Assembly: GCF_006345805.1 (NCBI RefSeq)
Contig: NC_043017.1
Coordinates: forward strand, 22,320,001-22,384,000
Reading direction: 5' to 3'
Length of the DNA stretch: 64,000 bases
Source of the DNA: Octopus sinensis
Taxonomy: Eukaryota
Shown here: positions 39,428-52,147 of the stretch, piece after piece
How the letters are laid out: each line of letters begins with the position of its first letter
Position numbering within the stretch: position 1 is the stretch's first letter
Translations under genes and position numbers: made by a program
Notes under the pieces: generated by a model
What the model was told of the DNA's origin: nothing
The model's database searches: none
Seen by the model: the letters and a program-made list of their open reading frames with translations, nothing else

Positions 39428-40152
39428 TCTGCACTTCCATGATAGACATGACTGAGTGCCACTGTCATACAAGCAGTGTCGTTTATTTCCACTAATCTGG
39501 GAAAACAAGTCTTGCCATGGGAAGATATTACCATGCATGGAAACAAGTGAAAGTTGGTGACACAAATAGCTTCCAGCTATGAGAAATCTGCCTCAAAAAA
39601 ATCCAGCCAACCTACGCATGCATAAAACAGTGGACATTAAAACACTGATGAGGATGGTGCTGACTTAAATTTGTGAAAAAGTTTATCTTTCAATCTCATT
39701 TTTCAGTGACTACACAAGTATTTTGAGTTGCTGTCAAAACTCCTTAGTTCCTTACATACTCAAAGCATTTTCTGCCAAATCGTTTGTCTCAGATAATGCA
39801 TCCAACTTCTCATGTCCTGTTCATAGCACTGAAATAAATGGAACCAGTTAAACCTAATAATTCTTTGAGAAAATATTAAGGGAAATATTAAGGTCGTGGG
39901 AAAGGGCAGGGGAATACATCTGAAGGCCTTTCTTCCTAAATCTTAGATTAATTGGCACTAAAAATATCAATCAGCTTCTTCGACACAACAGAAAAGATCT
40001 AACAAAGCAATAGTATCAAACAGAGCAATTCAATTATTTATTCATAACATCTAAGAGTTCAATAAGAACAGCAAAACTGGAAATAGAGTGAGGGATATTA
40101 CTAAAATGACTCAAATTACAATGTCAAGCGACAAATATGTGTATGTGTATGT

Positions 40153-40183
<31 letters not shown>

Positions 40184-40308
40184 TAAATATAAACAAACTA
40201 ACATTTGCTTTTATAAGCATCGAAATACGTATTGAATGATACATATTAGATGATTTATTTTCAAAAGAAAAACTGCCCTGATAAAAGAAGTGGAAAAATT
40301 TGTCAACA

Positions 40309-40380
40309 ACCAGTCATGGGACTCGAACCTGTATTCCTCAAAGACTCCAGCTGAGTGCTTTGCCATTAAGCTAAACTGCC
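40309..40380 (-). other. tRNA-like sequence (pseudo-tRNA or SINE head)
   Basis: Minus strand: TAGCTTAATGG (A box), GGTTCGAGTCC (B box), D-stem GCTT/AAGC. Acceptor and T stems are damaged. Confidence 0.55.
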
Positions 40381-43062
40381 TGCTAAAAGATTCATCCATG
40401 ATTTTAAATGCTAAATAGCTAACGTAGAACTACATGTATAAATATAAAGAAACTAATATTTGTTTTTATAAGCATTGAAATGTGTATTGAATGACACAAA
40501 TTAGACAATATTTTTTCAGATGCAGAGTTGTCATTAGAACAATAGAGACACTAGGTAAATTGTCCTTACAAAGCTGGTTGTTGACAAAATTTTCCACTTT
40601 GTAAGGGTAATTTACCCAGTATTTTTGTTGTTCTAATGGCAATTCTGCATTCAAAAATATACCATCTAATTCGTATCCTTCAATGTGTGTGTGTGTGGCT
40701 TTAACATCAGCCACATTAACCAATCACAAAATATATTCCCATTACTTTATATTAAGAAGACCCTAAAGAAAATAGTTATCAAATTTCTTATTTACTGAAA
40801 TTGGAACATCTAGAGACAGATATGTATATATATCAGTAGCTTTAAGGCTTTGTGGTAACTCTTATTATTTAAAATCAACCAATTTAACTCTTTAGTATTT
40901 AAACTGGCTACATCTGGTTAAAATATTCTGCTGCATTTATGTTCAAACTGGCCAGATCCAACATCTCACACCTACTTTCCAATGTCATAGTAAAAATAAA
41001 CAACCACATCATTCAAATTCTGAAGCCACAAAATAATGGATGATACATTCAAGACAATTTGAATAAATAAGCATTAATTTTGACAGAATAATGTAGCAAG
41101 AATATTTAACAATTGCAAAACTTAGAGATTGAACCTGCATCACCAAATCTAATGCAAAAAACAACATAAAAATGGAAAGAACACAATTGCAATTTGCTCA
41201 AATGTTACCAATGTCTATCAAAATATTTGTCCATTCAAGACTTCTTGTGGAACTGGATTTAATTATAATTTCAACTTTGGCATGCTTTTTTTTTTCTGAC
41301 CAAGAGCATTTTAGCCACCAGACATCATTTCTTTGTCATTTGTAATAACAGCAACTTTTTTGTTTATGATAAAAAAAAAAATTTTGCATTTAAAATCATG
41401 TTTAGATTTTTGTGTTTTTTATTTTATCACAACAATGTGATGCCAAGACAAGGAGACACAAACAATCACATACACACACACAGAGCAGGCTTCTCTCATT
41501 TTTCATCAGCCAAATCCACTCACAAGACTTTGGTCCACTCATGGCTATAGTAGAAAACACTACCCAATATACCATGCGAGGGATTGAACCTAAAACCATT
41601 TGAGTGCAAAGAAAATTTCTCAGCCACACTGCCAACGATAAGAATTTCCACTATGTCAATGTTCCAGTCTTGAAGAATTAATAATTAAATCCACAAAACT
41701 ATCTAATTTAGGATTCTAATATTATATGAGTGAATTCTCTAAATTCAGTTTCAAATTTAATTGTCCTTGAATCAAGACAATCAGAAAAAATAACACTTTT
41801 GTCAAACAATTGCATGAGCCACCAGTTGAGACTTCAAAAAGGCAGCTGTCATTCACCATAACCTAATCCCATCAAATTCATCAAAACTTTTACCTTTCTT
41901 GTGTGATTTCCATTGAGAAAAAATGATATTCAATTAAATCAAAACGTTTGAAAGACAAGGAATTGAACATTTTTGATGAGTAACAATAAATAGATTTCTA
42001 CAGTTAATTATTCTGGGAGAAAAATGAATGATTTGTTCTTTAAACATTTTCTATATTTTATAGAAATTCTGAATAATTTATCAAATAGAAACTGAAAATT
42101 GCATTTTGAAGGGAAATCATTAAATGAATTTAATGAAAGTTAACCTTCATAATATTTCTAGTAGACTATAAAATCCACACACTTGTGATTGTATTTCTTT
42201 GGCAGTATTGAAATAAATAGATTCAGTTAAATGTAATAATTCTTCAGTTGTAAAATACTAGAGCTGCTTGATATAGCATAGAAGCATACAACTTCAGAAA
42301 TTCTCTCAATCTTTTAAGTTTATCACAAATCATTTTAAACAATAACATTCTTAATTCTTTTAAATGCATTTTGTATTTTTATTAAATCAAGAAATACATA
42401 TTCTTTCTCAAGGATATTTTATATTTTATCGACTCTTATAAATGAATAAAACCCAAATATATGTGGTGGTGGTGGTGGTGGTGGTGGTGGGGTAGATAAA
42501 ACAAGTAAAAGAAACCAATTTCTTATTTTATCATCTTGGAAGAAATATTTCCTGACAGGCTGTTGTCAGTTATTCTCCAAGTAACAGAGCTAGTTAACCC
42601 TTACCCCATTTCATTATTTATTGTAACTCACTCAAACTCTTCAGACCCACTGAGGAAAACAACCTTGTTTTCTGTTTTGTGTATCTTTGCTTTCAAGAGA
42701 TATGTTTAAAATAATATAGTTTTATATGCAGGTTTAGAATGCAATATATCAAAAAATTAAAAGCAAAAGAAAATATATATATATATATATATATCATTGA
42801 ATATAAAGTAATAGAACTATTTATATGAAGCATACACAATAGCAATATATTTTGCTGACTTTCAAAATATTTATATGCAATATTTATTTCTTGAATTTGT
42901 GAGGATTAGAATCAAATCTAAAACTTTGAATCACAAGATACCACTATGTACACAAGATACACAGAGTTGTATATGTCTGAATAGGTGTATGTGTGTGTAT
43001 GTATGCATATATATATGTAAGTATGTGCATATAATATATATCTATATCTATATAAATATATG

Positions 43063-43111
<49 letters not shown>

Positions 43112-43208
43112 ATGCATATATATATATATGTATGTATATATATGGATGTATATATATATATATATATATATGGATGTATATATATATATATATGTATGTA
43201 TATATATG

Positions 43209-43244
<36 letters not shown>

Positions 43245-43248
<4 letters not shown>

Positions 43249-43449
43249 ATCCAAACATGAAAACACAAAGAGAAAACACAACAACGCGAGGACATGGAAC
43301 AAGTATAGTATTATTGGATGTTCAGGCAAGAAGGAAAGAAGGAGGGTTTAACATTTCAAGCAGAGCTCTTCATCAGAAACATAGGAAAAGGTAAGATCCA
43401 AAGAAGGGAAGACGGAGGGAAAAAAATCGCCAACAGTACACACGCGATA
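43245..43449 (-). mobile_element. HHR-bearing PLE-like fragment (family H1); HHR at 43346-43380
   Basis: Minus strand: GTTT-CTGATGA-A-GAGC(TCT)GCTT-GAAATGTT-AAAC. Flanked by (TA)n. Confidence 0.65.
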
Positions 43450-43462
43450 CGTATGTATATTC

Positions 43463-43496
<34 letters not shown>

Positions 43497-43930
43497 ATGT
43501 ATATATAGTCCAAAAATAAAGAGAACACCAAGATGAGATGAAAGATCAACAAACACGTTGTATTTGGTTGACTCTCTGGAAAAATGGGAGAAGTCTTTTT
43601 AATGTTTCAAGTATGTGCTCTCCTATAAAAAGGAAAGACGAGGAGAAAGAAATGATGGAGAGAAAAATAAACTTGTCAGAGTTGAATGGTCAAGAAAGGA
43701 CTGGAAGAGGATGAAGTTGGGTAGAGGAATGAGTGGCAAGTGAGACAACAGTGACATGGCATGTGTGTGTGTGTGTGTGTGTGTATGTGTTGTGTGTGTG
43801 TGCAAGAGGCAATGTGCATATGTATATTCTGTGCTAGTGTATATGTGTACATGTATATGGATGGGTGTATTGTTTGTGTGAAGCTATCAGACATGTGCAT
43901 GTATGTGTAAACATACATACATACATATAT

Positions 43931-43961
<31 letters not shown>

Positions 43962-43974
43962 ACCATAGTTAACA

Positions 43975-44378
43975 TACTCTTTTACTCTCTCTCTTTTACT
44001 TGTTTTCAGTCATTTGACTGCGGCCATGCTGGAGCACCGCCTTTAATCGAGCAACTCGACTCCGGGATTTATTCTATTGTAAGCCCAGTACTTATTCTAT
44101 CGGTCTCTTTTGCCGAACCGCTAAGTAGCGGGGACATAAACACACCAGCATTGGTTGTCAAGCAATGCTAGGGGGACAAACACAGACACACAAATGCATA
44201 TATATACGTATATACGACGGGCTTCTTTCAGTTTCCGTCTACCAAATCCACTCACAAGGCTTTGGTTGGCCCGAGGCTATAGTAGAAGACACTTGCCCAA
44301 GGTGCTACGCAGTGGGACTGAACCCGGAACCATGTGGTTGGTAAACAAGCTACTTACCACACAGCCACTCTTGCGCCT
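43975..44378 (-). mobile_element. SINE family A, full length
   Basis: Homology to the other copies. Confidence 0.93.
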
Positions 44379-44890
44379 AATCATTATTAGTTTAAGACCA
44401 CATTTGATCTTTGTGCAATACTGCTTCCTTGATTGAGATGGAGGACTGCATCTTGCTTCTTTGTCTCATTTTTGACTTGGTATCTATAGCTGGATGTCTG
44501 CCCTAATGCCAGCCACTTTACAGAACGTTCTGGGTGTTTTTTCCTTCCTGACAGAAACACTAGGTAGGTGTCATGCCCTTGAAAAGACTCCTTGCAACCT
44601 TACATTTTTCAGAGTATAATGGATGCACTTTTTGCAACATCAGCACGAGAGTGAGGTAACCATGTCCTTGACATATCTAAAAGGGCCTCGCAATCCCATA
44701 TGTCTGCTCATTTGCTAATTTCTGTTACAGAATGAGAGGCATGAGTGACAGAGGCACAAACCCCTTTAATGTGGAAATCAGATATATCCACTGGGGATAT
44801 TTTTACCACTAACTATGGTGAGTAGTTCTACTTGATAACCTAGAAAAAAAAACTCTTTATGCTACTAAAACTCAAAAACAGTCCCAATCA

Positions 44891-45180
44891 TGTAGTAAAG
44901 ATTGTTTGCCAACATAACATGGCAGTCCTGGTTTAGGATTAATGTTGCTGTAATTTAGTCCCAGGAGACATTGTCTCCAGCTGGTTATACAACACGATCT
45001 GTGTCCTTATATTTTTGAACAAGGGAATCTAGCACCCCCACTCAGCCCTTGTTCGAAAATATAAGGACACAGATCATGTCGTATCACCAGCTGGAAACAA
45101 TGTCTCCTGGGGCTAAATTACAGCAACATTAGTCCTAAACCAGGACTGCCATGTTATGTTGGCAAACAATATTTACTACA
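44891..45180. repeat. Hairpin: 135-bp arms, 20-nt loop, 8 mismatches
   Basis: 44891-45025 versus the reverse complement of 45046-45180, compared base by base. Confidence 0.95.
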
Positions 45181-45803
45181 AAGTACTGCTGCAGAATATT
45201 TCACGTTGTGAGATTTAAAAAGCAGTCCCAACCAGTTCAAAAATCCCACTGACTCCCCAGTTTGTATAATAAATTCATGAGTAAAGGCAGATAGATTTGA
45301 CTAGTTGTGTGCAACACATCCATTTCCTCAGGAACATAAAAATGGTATCACACTTGTAGTATTTTGTGATTGAAGCAGCATTTATTAACTGCTATATTTC
45401 TTGTAACATGAAATCCACAAACAGAAAGTAACATAAAGGAAATTCAAGGAAAAAGTAATTGATAGCTTTCTTGGAGGATATGGCTGTAAAAGTGTAATGA
45501 AATGCAGTTGTTGCAAGAGTAGTGATCCTTCTGCTGCAGGACTAACTGAAAAACACTTCATTGCATATTAGAAAGGAAAATCACAGCCAAATTATATTAT
45601 CGGCTGTATTCTACCTTCAAAATGTGTAAAGCAGAACAGAGATCCTGGATGTTACAAACAACTTCCTTTGGCTTGTTTGTCCAATATATTATGGATAAGG
45701 TATTGGAAAGCCTGTATTTTGTAATATACCATTTTTTGAGAAATACTACACTTATACAAAATGTAAGAAGTATTCTATTGCAATTAACAATAAACTCAAT
45801 ACC

Positions 45804-46097
45804 ACCATGACCAATATCCAATCTACAGTGGAGAAGGCTAGCCACTGGATTTGGTTAAAAAGAGACGATGAGCGATGGCTAGAAGGACACTGAGCTTAAC
45901 TTGATAACCAGCTGATCTAGCAAGCGGGGCCTCATATCAGTGAGGGGGCCGGTGCGCATTGATGCCGTCGAGAGGTAGGCCCCGAAATGGCGCGCATTCT
46001 CTCCTGATGACCCCATACACTTGCTGGCTTCCGGTATACGGAGCTTTTGACTGGTAGCACTTGCATGTGCAAGTTGTTTGCAAGACATCTAAACTCA
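45804..46097 (+). mobile_element. 5'-truncated RLE-type non-LTR retrotransposon (HERO-like): last codons plus 3' UTR
   Basis: MTNIQSTVEKASHWIWLKRDDERWLEGH* (45807-45893) matches the AEKASRWLWxKR C-terminus of HERO-type elements. Followed by a GC/CpG-rich UTR. Confidence 0.6.
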
Positions 46098-46231
46098 GTA
46101 CATAGATGTGTTATAAATGAGTAAATACCTTCAGAATGGTTTATTAGTGTTACTTTTTCTTATATATTTTTTACACACAGCAATTTTTCAGAGATTTTCT
46201 TAATGTTTTTACATATTATTTTATTGTTTTG

Positions 46232-46503
46232 TCTGGGGAGAGTAATTTTCTTTTTGTGCCTTATAATGTAACACACTCACCGGTAAAATTTCCACTTATT
46301 TCTTATTTTTATTTTCCTAAAATTTTCGTTATGTCTTGCAACCTTTTCAATAGTCTTGACTCTGAACGGACAGAGTGAAGACTATTGAAAAGGTTGCAAG
46401 ACATAACGAAAATTTTAGGAAAATAAAAATAAGAAATAAGTGGAAATTTTACCGGTGAGTGTGTTACATTATAAGGCACAAAAAGAAAATGATTCTCCCC
46501 AGA
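46232..46503. repeat. Hairpin: 133-bp arms, 6-nt loop, 3 mismatches
   Basis: 46232-46364 versus the reverse complement of 46371-46503. Confidence 0.96.
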
Positions 46504-47188
46504 TACAATAAAATATGCTTCAACACACGAATTCATATAAACAATCTTGCAAACCAAATCCAAAAACGAAACATATTATTTTAAATTCCTCTTTATTCAG
46601 CAAGAATCAAAGACTTTCAGTGATGGATTTGAAAATAATACCTACAGGAGATACTGAAAGAGAGCTGGAGAAGCAGAAAATACCAGTGCTTTGTTTTGGT
46701 GGATAATGAACATCAGAAAGGGAATGATCATGGAATTGAACTATGTGGTTGCAGGGTTAAAGACAGAGGTATGTCTAATAGGGACATATGATAAGAGGCA
46801 TATGCAGTAGAGGGGTGACTAATAAGGAAATTAAGTATTCTGAAATAGATAGAACAATGTCTGCCCTCCTCAACTCTTTCTCTCTCCTCTCATTACCACA
46901 TGACTTATGACCATCTAAACCTCTCTCGTCCCTTTTATGCTCTGCCATTGACCAGGTTGGTCATGCTTCAATGTGCTGTTTTACTTTTTTCCAACGTGTT
47001 CATTTGCTATTCCCAGTGGCTTCTTGCTACTGGCACCACCAAAAAGTGAACAATATCAATATTAATGATAAAGGTGTGAAATTGTAATGATCTTTTGGAC
47101 ATTGACTGATGGGGAATTAGCTACGAATTTTCCATTTATTGTCTTCATGTTAAACTTTACATTTGTTATGTCTTTTATTAAATCTTTG

Positions 47189-47223
<35 letters not shown>

Positions 47224-47225
<2 letters not shown>

Positions 47226-47606
47226 AAGCACTTCGTCGGTTATGACGATGAGGGTTCCAGTTGATCCGAATCAACGGAACAGCCTGCTCGTGAAATTAAT
47301 GTGTAAGTGGCTGAGCACTCCACAGACACGTGTACCCTTAACGTAGTTCTCGGGGATATTCAGTGTGACACAGAGAGTGACAAGGCCGGCCCTTGAAATA
47401 CAGGTACAACAGAAACAGGAAGTAAGAGTGAGAGAAAGTTGTGGTGAAAGAGTACAGCAGGGATCACCACCATCCCCTACCGGAGCCTCGTGGAGCTTTA
47501 GGTGTTTTCGCTCAATAAACACTCACAACGCCCGGTCTGGGAATCGAAACCGCGATCCTATGACCGCGAGTCCACTGCCCTAACCACTGGGCCATTGCGC
47601 ATCCAC
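47224..47606 (-). mobile_element. tRNA-derived SINE, family D (domain X plus tail 1), inserted in (TA)n
   Basis: Minus-strand head GCAATGGCCCAGTGGTTAGGGC...GGTTTCGATTCCC. Confidence 0.88.
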
Positions 47607-47684
47607 ATATATATATATATATATATTTACACATATATATGTGTGTGTGTGAGTATGTGTTTTTATATATATATATATACATAC

Positions 47685-47715
<31 letters not shown>

Positions 47716-48707
47716 AATGGTCTGTCTTCTTTCAGTTTCCATCTCCTAAATCCATTCTGAAGGCTTTGGTCAGCCTGGAATTACAGTAGAAAATATATGC
47801 CCAAGTTGCCATGCAGTGGGACTGAACCTGAAACCACATAGTTGTGAAGTGAACTTCTTAATCAGAGTCATTTTCTGTAAAATTGAAACAAAATCAAAGA
47901 GCATTATTGGTCAAGTACCCATCACATTCTTTATCTTGTAGAAAATACAAAGAACCCATTTACAATTCTGTACTGATAAAGATTAAACTCGCTAAATATT
48001 CAAACTAAGTTTGTTACTGCCAAACCTAACATTATGTTCTTTTATTATTTATACAAAAGGTTAAAATGAAAATATTCTCTCAGTAATATCTTTGGTTGTT
48101 TGTTTGCTTTTTTTCTTTATTTCGAGTCAATGTTTTCCATTGAATGAAATTACTAAGAAAGGGTCGTAAGATATTTGCATTTTTCCCAAGGTAACACTTG
48201 TCATTCGAAACCAACATTTCAACAAGATTATGAATCATACATATTCTTAAGTATTATCAATAATATTTCATTCCTTGCAGCATTGTCTGTTATTGTTGTA
48301 TGCAGTCAACAATACAAACGGTAACAATTGCATTCTTACTCATACAACTTATCTGGCATCTTACTAAAGAAAAATTTCAAAGTAGAGAGAAAACTACATA
48401 ATGCTGTTTCTTCTATAAATATGAATCATAATACTATCTTGACTATGTCTCCATTCTACCGTAAACACTTGACATTACGACAAGCCAGAGATATACAGGA
48501 ATTCAAAGAAAGGTGTTCCTCTCTGTTCAGGGTATGTTGCATCTTATCATAATTACTTAAATGTAATATTAGTCATAGAACCAATACAAGATCTATTGAT
48601 ACTAAAGAGTAATTTCTGTCTTTGATTTAAGCAATTAAAATGATTTATTTTATCCGTCTCCCCACCTCCAAAAGTAAACTTCTTACATACTTTGTTTGGA
48701 TATTTTA

Positions 48708-49231
48708 CTTATTTCTGTTTGGTTTGTCCACATTAGCCCATGAGAAGCATAGGGTCAGTTCCCCAGTTTTTCTGGTGTATATGATATTCCCTGGATGGGA
48801 CACCAGTCCATCACAGGAGTACTCATTTTTACCAGCTGAGTGGACTGGAGTAAAGTGAAATAAAGTGCTTTGCTTAAGAACACAAAACAGTGCCCAGTCT
48901 AAGAACTGGAACCCACAGTCCCCTGGATGGGACACTGGTCCATCACAAGATTACTCATTTTTACCAGCTGAGTGGACTGGAGCAAAGTGAAGTAAAGTGT
49001 TTTGCTTAAGAACACAACACATTGCCCAGTCTAAGAACTGAAACCACAGTCCCCTGGATGGGACACTGGTCCATCACAGGAGTACTCATTTTTACCAGCT
49101 GAGTGGACTGAAGCAAAGTGAAATAAAGTGTTTTGCTTAAGAACACCATGCAGTGCCCAGTCCAAGAATCGAAACCACAATCTTATGATCATGAATCCAA
49201 CACCCTAACCACAAAGCCATGTGCCTCCACT
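48708..49231 (-). mobile_element. SINE family D (domain Y plus tail 2) with internal 131/132-bp triplication
   Basis: CCCTGGATGG recurs at 48789, 48921 and 49052. Single head and single tail. Confidence 0.88.
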
Positions 49232-50874
49232 AATTTCTAATTAAACACACAGAATTGTAAAAATTTCAATTTCTGACAAGGCCTTATTGTTCGGAAAATG
49301 ATAATTTTGAGAATTATTACCCTAGTGTTTGAGGTATATATCAACAACATTTACACATAGATTACATTTCCACCTTTGATACCATATTTATCAGCTCTAA
49401 AAATAAAATGCCCAAAAGGAGACGAAACATTAAAAAATATATTTATTATCTCCAGTCTATTTTGAAACATCAATTTCGTTCAGATGAGGTGATGTTTACC
49501 AGCATTCAACTGAAGCCAATTTAACTGAAATGGCTTTCGACCAATAATTTCTCGTCTACAATGTTATGAACAGTTTTTTTCCACTCTTTTATTTTGGACA
49601 AGGTCCTTGACTTCCTTCATAGGCCAGCCTAGGATATTTGAAATTAAAACCTGTTCTTTCCTACTTGTATTTTAAGTTTTATTTGTTTCATGTTGTTTTT
49701 TTCTAGTTATTTATTTTATTTTATTCATTTATTGTTTTTTTCTTGTCAACTTTTTATATATTTATAACTTAACTTGTTGGGTGTAGATTTGAAGGATTAA
49801 GCTCATAAATTAAGGGGGAAAGTTTTATTGTTCTTGTATTTATTACCTCAAAATGGAAGGAATTTGGTTATATAAACAAGGAACATTCTTCTCAAGCAGA
49901 AACGAGTCTGTGTTTGGTAAGATTAGCAAGGTTAATGTTAATGTGTTGGTAGGTGATAGAAATATTTAACAGACCATCATTTACTCCAATGGATAAGCAG
50001 ACAGTAAAAAACACAAAATTTAAACTGAGGTGTGGATTTTTATGTAAAGCAATTGTAGAAATAAAAAACTGCATTTGTTTTGTGAAAATTGTATAAATAG
50101 GAAACTTTTTTTATAACAAGAAGGCATGACAATTATTTTGGAAGGATATATAGTCGATGGTGGCGTAATAGTCGTTGTTTAACCCCAAATCAGCCCTAAT
50201 TGAACAGACCTATTATCAAAATTATTCTAGAGATAGCCATTTTTTCCCAAACAATGTGTCCTTTTTTTATCACTTTTCTTACCATATTTCTGTTAAAAGA
50301 TACGTTATTTCAATTAAGTTTGAAAATAATGAAGTATTTAGTAAAATAAATTTGTCATTATATGGGGCATAACTTAACATGTAATTTTGATGTAAGCTTC
50401 TAATTTAGACTATATTAAACTGGAAGTTCCTATTATGGAATAAAGGGCAGTCTCAGGCTGGTTAGTATCAAAAGGGGGCCCATGTTCGATGGGAAATTTA
50501 GCTGCTTTCAACAGATTAAACTACCATGTAGAGTAGTGGTTCTCAACTAGGGTCTGTATGACCCTTCAAGGGCCATACAAAATTTTTTTGGTTAAAATTT
50601 ATGTGCAGACATAGCTGTGTGGCAAGAGACTTTCTTCCAAACCACATGGTCCAGGGTTCAGTCCCACTGCGTAGCACTTTGGGTGCAGTGTCTTCTACTA
50701 TATCCTCAGGCTGACCAAAGCCTTGTGAGTGGGTTTGGTAGACGAAAATTGAAAGAAGCTAAAAGATAAAAGAGAATAAGTTGGTTCTGCTTCTACACTA
50801 CACAAAATACCTTAGTCTTTATACAATTCCTAATAACCTCTTTATGCACCATTTTATAGACTTAATTGTATTTC

Positions 50875-51356
50875 ATCTGTCTTTACATTCTGAGTTCAAA
50901 TTCTGACAAGGTCGACTTCATCCTTCATCCTTTTGGGGTCAATTAAATTAAGTACCAGTTGCATTTTGGGGTCGATCTAATCAACTGATACCCTCCCCTA
51001 AAATTTCGGACCTTGTTCCTAGAGTAGAAAAGAATATATTATTGTTTCGATGCAGCGAGAAACATTATCATGCTGGGCAAAATGCTTAGCAGTATTTCGT
51101 CTGTCTTTATGTTCTGAGTTCAAATTCTGCCAAGGTTGACTTTGCTTTTCATCCTTTTGGGGTCAATAAATCAAGTACCAGTTGCACAATGAAGTCAATC
51201 TAATTGACTGGCCCCTTCCCCCAAAATTTCAGGCCTTGTGCCTAGAATACACACACTTGCCATTTTATCTAAAAGCCTTTATATTAAATCTAAAAAAAAA
51301 AGGTGATTTACAACAGTAATTTACAATGTGTGTGTGCATATATATGTATGCATGCA

Positions 51357-51403
<47 letters not shown>

Positions 51404-51680
51404 ACATATAATTGGATTTATCTGATTTGATTGATATACAAATGTAATTATAATTATCATTATTATATTTGTGTTCAAGGCAGTGAGCTGGCAGAATCGT
51501 TAACATGATGGGAGAAATTGCTTAGCAGCATGTCATCTATCTTTTGAGTTCAAATTCCACAGTGGCCAATACTGCCTTTCATCCTTTCGGGGTCAGTAAA
51601 GAAGTACCAGTTGAGTTTTGGGGTCAATGTAATCAACTTAAACCCTTCCCAGAGTTACTGGTCTTCTGCTAAAATTTGAA
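50875..51680 (+). mobile_element. Cluster of three degenerate family-C-related SINEs
   Basis: GAGTTCAAATTC...CTTTCATCCTTT.GGGGTC motif at about 50890, 51115 and 51545. Confidence 0.75.
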
Positions 51681-51732
51681 ACCATTATTACACTTACGTT
51701 TATTTTGATATTAAGCTTGAAAGACTTGCCCT

Positions 51733-52147
51733 TACTCTTGCTCTTTTACTCTTTTACTTGTTTCAGTCATTTGACTGCGGCCATGCTGGAGCACCACCTT
51801 TAATCGAGCAACTCGACCCCGGGACTTATTCTTTTTATAAGCCCAGCACTTATTCTATCGGTCTCTTTTTGCCGAACCGCTAAGTAACAGGGACATAAAC
51901 ACACCAGCATCGGTTGTCAAGCAATGCTAGGGGGACAAACACAGACACACAAACAAACACACATATATATATATACATATATACGACAGGCTTCTTTCAG
52001 TTTCCGTCTACCAAATCCACTCATAAGGCATTGGTCGGCCCGGGGCTATAGCAGAAGACACTTGCCCAAGATGCCACGCAGTGGGACTGAACCCGGAACC
52101 ATGTGATTGGTTAGCAAGCTTCTTACCACACAGCCACTCCTGCACCT
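51733..52147 (-). mobile_element. SINE family A, full length
   Basis: Homology to the other copies. Confidence 0.93.

Noticed and set aside
40309-40380. Functional tRNA gene
   Set aside because: The acceptor and T stems have mismatches and the anticodon arm is irregular; kept only as a tRNA-like sequence.
45975-46015. GAAA...CTGATGA in the HERO-like 3' UTR as a type II HHR
   Set aside because: No stem I hairpin, and the stem II strands (CCCC/CCCC) are not complementary.
48328-48552. Open frame ending near a good donor-like site (TTCAGG|GTATGT)
   Set aside because: There is no recognisable protein similarity, and the nearest good acceptor (~48305) leads to an in-frame stop. A BLASTx search or RNA-seq would be needed.
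50534-50600. hAT-like TIR start TAGTGGTTCTCAAC
   Set aside because: No matching second TIR or 8-bp TSD found.
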